Positions 15,301-16,271 of a DNA stretch of 16,271 nucleotides are shown piece by piece (within the stretch, counting starts at the first letter, position 1; each line of letters starts with the position of its first letter). Source of the stretch: an uncultured Janthinobacterium sp. Its GTDB lineage: Bacteria > Vulcanimicrobiota > Vulcanimicrobiia > Vulcanimicrobiales > Vulcanimicrobiaceae. The notes beneath the pieces were generated by a model. The model was not told where the DNA came from and ran no database searches. It worked only from the letters and a program-made list of their open reading frames with translations. The position numbers and the translations under genes are program-made. The stretch lies in contig CAZZXB010000069.1 of NCBI GenBank assembly GCA_964658025.1, positions 1 through 16,271 on the forward strand. Direction: 5' to 3'.

Positions 15301-15411
15301 CGATTTCGCCCGCGAGCACGCACATCCGCGACTGCCCCGCCTCACGAACCCGCGCGCTCGTAACGTCGTAACGGACGTGCCATCGACGACTTCGAGCCGC
15401 CCGATACGACG

Positions 15412-15678
15412 TCAGACGAGAGGAATTCCCGACGTTCGCAGACCCGCTCGCGCGCGACGATCGCAACGGCCTGACGGGTCGGCCGTTCGGAGCGACCGCC
15501 GATTCGAATGCTCGGATCGGATGTCGCTCGGGCGAACGAGATCGAGGCGTCGAACGTACCGCGAGATCGTCTCGCGGCGGTGGCCCGTAATGCGCTCGAT
15601 GCGTCGGAAACTCATCCCCTCGCGAACGAGCCGCGCGATTCGCTCGCGCTGCGCTTCCGTGAGTTCGTTGAGGCACAT
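15412..15678 (-). CDS. Orphan helix-turn-helix protein resembling an IS transposase N-terminus (88 aa); possible remnant
   Basis: From ATG 15678: MCLNELTEAQRERIARLVREGMSFRRIERITGHRRETISRYVRR is a classic HTH. The remaining about 40 aa look unstructured. No DDE domain or terminal repeats were seen. Confidence 0.6.
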   Translation of the reverse strand: MCLNELTEAQRERIARLVREGMSFRRIERITGHRRETISRYVRRLDLVRPSDIRSEHSNRRSLRTADPSGRCDRRARAGLRTSGIPLV

Positions 15679-15769
15679 CGCGTCGGCGTTCGTGCGCGTG
15701 CGGAACGTGGTGGCCGCTTTCGAGCGGCGGCGCGAAGATCGTCGCATCGCGGGACGGAAAACGCCCGGG

Positions 15770-16271
15770 ATGAACGTCTTATTCTTGGGCGGCACGAGGT
15801 TCGTCGGGCGACACGTCGCCGAGGCGCTCGTCGCGGCCGGGCATACCGTTACGTTTTTCAATCGCGGCATGAGCGACGCTTCGCTGTTTTCCGAACAACG
15901 TCATGTCCGCGGCGATCGGGCGGGCGACGTCAGCGCCCTCCGGACGATCGAGCCGGAGATCGTGATCGATACGAGCGGATACACGCCGGACGCCGTCGCC
16001 GCGAGCGCGCGAGCCGTCGCGGAAAGCGTTCGAAAATACGTCTTCATGAGCAGCATCGACGCGTACGATAAGAGCGGGCCCCGGATCGACGAGTCGTCAC
16101 CGACGAAAGAGCTATCGGGCGAGACCTCGACGTCCGAGATGGTTCCCGAATTCTACGGCGCGCTCAAGGCGCGTTGCGAACGCGATCTCGCGGTGATTTT
16201 GGGACCGACGCGCGTGCTCGCGGTGCGCGCCGGTTTGATGGTCGGTCCGTACGATGCGACCGATCGCTTTA
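15770..16271 (+). CDS. NAD-dependent epimerase/dehydratase (atypical SDR), 5' part, runs off the window
   Basis: Not in the ORF track because it has no stop in the window. Reads MNVLFLGGTRFVGRHVAEALVAAGHTVTFFNRG...RGDR...VIDTSGYTP...YVFMSSIDAY...FYGALKARCE...RAGLMVGPYDATDRF, with the Rossmann GGTRFxG and YxxxK motifs. Confidence 0.93.
   Translation, partial: MNVLFLGGTRFVGRHVAEALVAAGHTVTFFNRGMSDASLFSEQRHVRGDRAGDVSALRTIEPEIVIDTSGYTPDAVAASARAVAESVRKYVFMSSIDAYDKSGPRIDESSPTKELSGETSTSEMVPEFYGALKARCERDLAVILGPTRVLAVRAGLMVGPYDATDRF

Noticed and set aside
15358..15373. Tandem repeat TCGTAACG x2
   Set aside because: Only two 8-bp units, located between converging 3' ends, so there is no support for a binding site, CRISPR or IS end.

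Overview
GC-rich (about 70% by eye), strongly CpG-rich bacterial chromosomal segment, densely coding. The left part (1-5377) is a cell-surface glycosylation cluster: the 3' end of a membrane protein, a DUF2142-like GT-C membrane glycosyltransferase with a C-terminal soluble beta domain, GT4, a divergent GT9, and a GT2 plus DUF2304 pair. Next come a candidate 73-aa small protein, selO/ydiU, and a two-gene quinol:cytochrome c oxidoreductase operon (Tat-exported Rieske protein; unsplit cytochrome b fused through a long linker to a class I cytochrome c) closed by a palindromic terminator. After that lie an ArnT/PMT-like GT-C gene, a tetrapyrrole operon (SirC/CysG-N + HemC + half-size HemD fusion, hemB, mobA), an orphan IS-type HTH ORF and the 5' part of an NAD-dependent epimerase/dehydratase. 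The most unusual points are the triple fusion ending in a HemD that seems to lack its inserted second domain, and a cytochrome b whose Qo motif is PAWY with loss of the helix-B Arg. No rRNA, tRNA, CRISPR array or intact mobile element was seen. All family calls come from motifs recognised by eye, not database searches. Sequence style is reminiscent of Eremiobacterota/Vulcanimicrobiota, but that is a weak inference.
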